From the NCBI RefSeq assembly GCF_006345805.1, contig NW_021827257.1, positions 1-10,846 on the forward strand: a DNA stretch of 10,846 bases. The letters are read 5' to 3'. The position numbers and the translations under genes are program-made. This stretch comes from Octopus sinensis (lineage: Eukaryota). Each line of letters starts with the position of its first letter. Position 1 is the stretch's first letter. This document shows, in pieces, positions 8,795 through 10,846 of the stretch. The notes below the pieces were generated by a model, which saw only the letters and a list, made by a program, of their open reading frames with translations, did no database searches and was not told the origin of the DNA.

Positions 8795-9254
8795 TCTTCC
8801 ATTTCGTGCACACATCTGAGGATATTGTTTATATTGCTAAAGGGCGAACGTTTGTTTTTAAGGGAAAATAATTCATTTCTTTCTATGTTATCTTGTTTAT
8901 CTCTGAAATTTTATTTTTAGCGGTTTGGCTTTTGTTATAGTGATTGCAAAATTTATATTTTACTTTTTACCAATTAGTAGTTTATCGCTGAAATGAGATA
9001 ATAACAGAAAGCCCTAGAACCCATTCTGGAAAATTATTCTAAAATACTATACGAAAATATTGTTATTGTCGCAAACAGTTTTGTGGAATCAAAGTCCTCC
9101 GTCTCTTGGATGGTTTAATGAATACCATCATAGCTAAAATCCTCAATATTTATCTATCTACAAGACTTTATGCAAACTTTGGGAACACTCTAAGACGCGA
9201 CGCTGTTGGTAACCTTCTAATCATCCTCTAGCTTTTCATAAGTAATAGAAGCTG

Positions 9255-9443
9255 TTGTGGGTAGTAAGGAAATAGGTATTTCGTCTGTCTTTACGTTTTG
9301 AGTTCAAATTCCGCCGACGTCGACTTTGCCTTTCATCCTTTCTGGGTCGATAAATTAAGTACCAGTTGCGTACTGAGATTGATCTAATCGATCTGCTCAC
9401 ACCCCCAAAATTTCGTCTCTTGTGCCTAGAGTAGAAAAGAATA
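9255..9443 (+). mobile_element. Family B SINE composite: tail remnant fused to a headless copy
   Basis: ttgtgggtagtaaggaaata (matches tail 1269-1288) is followed directly by ggtatttcgtctg...gagttcaaattccgcc...aagtaccagtt. Confidence 0.85.
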
Positions 9444-9504
9444 TAGTAGATTCAAATTAAAGGCTAAAAGCAGAATATTTTCTACACTACCTACGCTTCG
9501 GACA

Positions 9505-10040
9505 CTGGCTCTCATAGCTTCTGATTTTAACTGATTGGAAGTGTTATCACGTACATTGTTTTGTCTTGTTATAAAAGATAGGCTACAGCAAATATTCTGC
9601 TCAATACCACAGATTTGCTTGTCATTTGCTTGACCTTAACCAGTTGAACATGCCCCTTTATGGCTGACGATATGTGTATCTCTGATCACGAGCAGAAGTA
9701 GTGGGGAAGCATCATAGCCATGTGTTGAAAGGAATTCTTTGGGGTTTGAATAAATCACTTCTGGAGACATGGGTGTTTCGTTCAACATCCTTAAACAACC
9801 CTTATTCAGGGACCTTTTGAGCGGTATGGGTTACGCGACCAGAAGAAAATTCTAATTGGGCATCACCTTCAAGGTCATGTGCTGTTTATTTTGATATGAG
9901 ATCACCATGTCGTGCACATATATCGTTGAGACGCATGTGACTAGTGTACCTTTATCAGACGGGTAGTCATGATGGGTATACTGGGCTTCGTATATTTGTA
10001 CTCCAGTGCCACTTTGATGGCATGCGCTGCTCTCTCACTC

Positions 10041-10081
<41 letters not shown>

Positions 10082-10086
10082 CAACC

Positions 10087-10138
<52 letters not shown>

Positions 10139-10220
10139 CAACAATAATAATAATAATAATAACAACAACCATAATAATAATAATAAAATAATAATAATAA
10201 TAATAATAATGATAATAATT
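9505..10220 (+). mobile_element. Probable 3' end of a non-LTR retrotransposon with an (AAT)n tail
   Basis: Complex sequence ending ctgctctctcactc directly before (AAT)n; resembles an octopus repeat from memory; 5' boundary approximate. Confidence 0.45.
10041..10220. repeat. (AAT)n microsatellite with AAC interruptions
   Basis: Directly visible. Confidence 0.95.
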
Positions 10221-10365
10221 TTAAAATATTGCAAAGGATTGCAAAGGACTGCAAAGGAACACAAGGAAATTTCATACACAAGACATGGGCATACATATGT
10301 AAACACAAACACACACACACAAACACACACACACATACAAACATATATGTATATATATATATATA

Positions 10366-10628
10366 TTGTTTGTTATTTGTTCCTTCTCGAGCCACACCTG
10401 GCATATAGAGCCGGTTTCTTTGGCGTATGAGATCCCCACCTGGACGGGACGCCGGTCCGTCGCAGGTGAGCTGCAAGATGCAGGAGGAAGAAAGAGTGAG
10501 AAAAAGCGAGCCGCGTGGAGTTTAGATGTTTCACTCATAAACACACACAGATCACCCGGTCTGAGATTCGAACCCGTGATCCCTCGACCGCGAGTCCGCT
10601 GCTCTAATCACTAGGCCATGTGCCTCCA
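10366..10628 (-). mobile_element. Family C tRNA-derived SINE (variant 2, different 3' half)
   Basis: Minus strand tggaggcacatggcctagtgattagagcagcggactcgcggtcg...ggttcgaatctc; ends in acaa repeats. Confidence 0.85.
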
Positions 10629-10632
10629 CACA

Positions 10633-10690
<58 letters not shown>

Positions 10691-10734
10691 TACATACATA
10701 CATATATGTATGCATATATACATATATTTTCTTT

Positions 10735-10846
10735 CTTTCTTTTCTTTTACTTGTTTCAGTCATTTGACTGCGGCCATGCTGGAGCACCGCATTTAGTCGA
10801 GCAAATAGACCCCAGGACTATTCTTTGTAAGCCCAGTACTTATTCT
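10735..10846 (-). mobile_element. Family A SINE 3' end, cut by the window edge
   Basis: cttttacttgtttcagtcatttgactgcggccatgctggagcaccgc matches 6654 onwards. Confidence 0.9.

Noticed and set aside
9941-10476. Longest ORFs (131-153 aa)
   Set aside because: They are driven by (AAT)n and (CA)n repeats and SINE sequence.
10555-10628. tRNA gene
   Set aside because: The A/B boxes continue into a SINE body shared with 5273-5565, and I see no convincing complete cloverleaf.

Overview
AT-rich, repeat-dense eukaryotic non-coding DNA. From recall of the repeat families it looks like an octopus (coleoid cephalopod) genome, which I could not check by search. The window holds three tRNA-headed SINE families (A x7, B x3, C x2), probable LINE fragments, many microsatellites and a 73-bp tandem repeat. 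Almost all listed ORFs are repeat artefacts. Two less obvious layers stand out. First, four inserts sit at (TA)n tracts and resemble Penelope-like element (PLE) pseudo-LTR fragments: two are long fold-back inverted repeats, three carry recognisable minimal type I hammerhead ribozyme motifs with core substitutions, and the fourth has at most a very degenerate one. Second, two phase-compatible candidate coding exons on the minus strand (8401-8515, 5632-5677) suggest most of the window is intronic to an unidentified gene.
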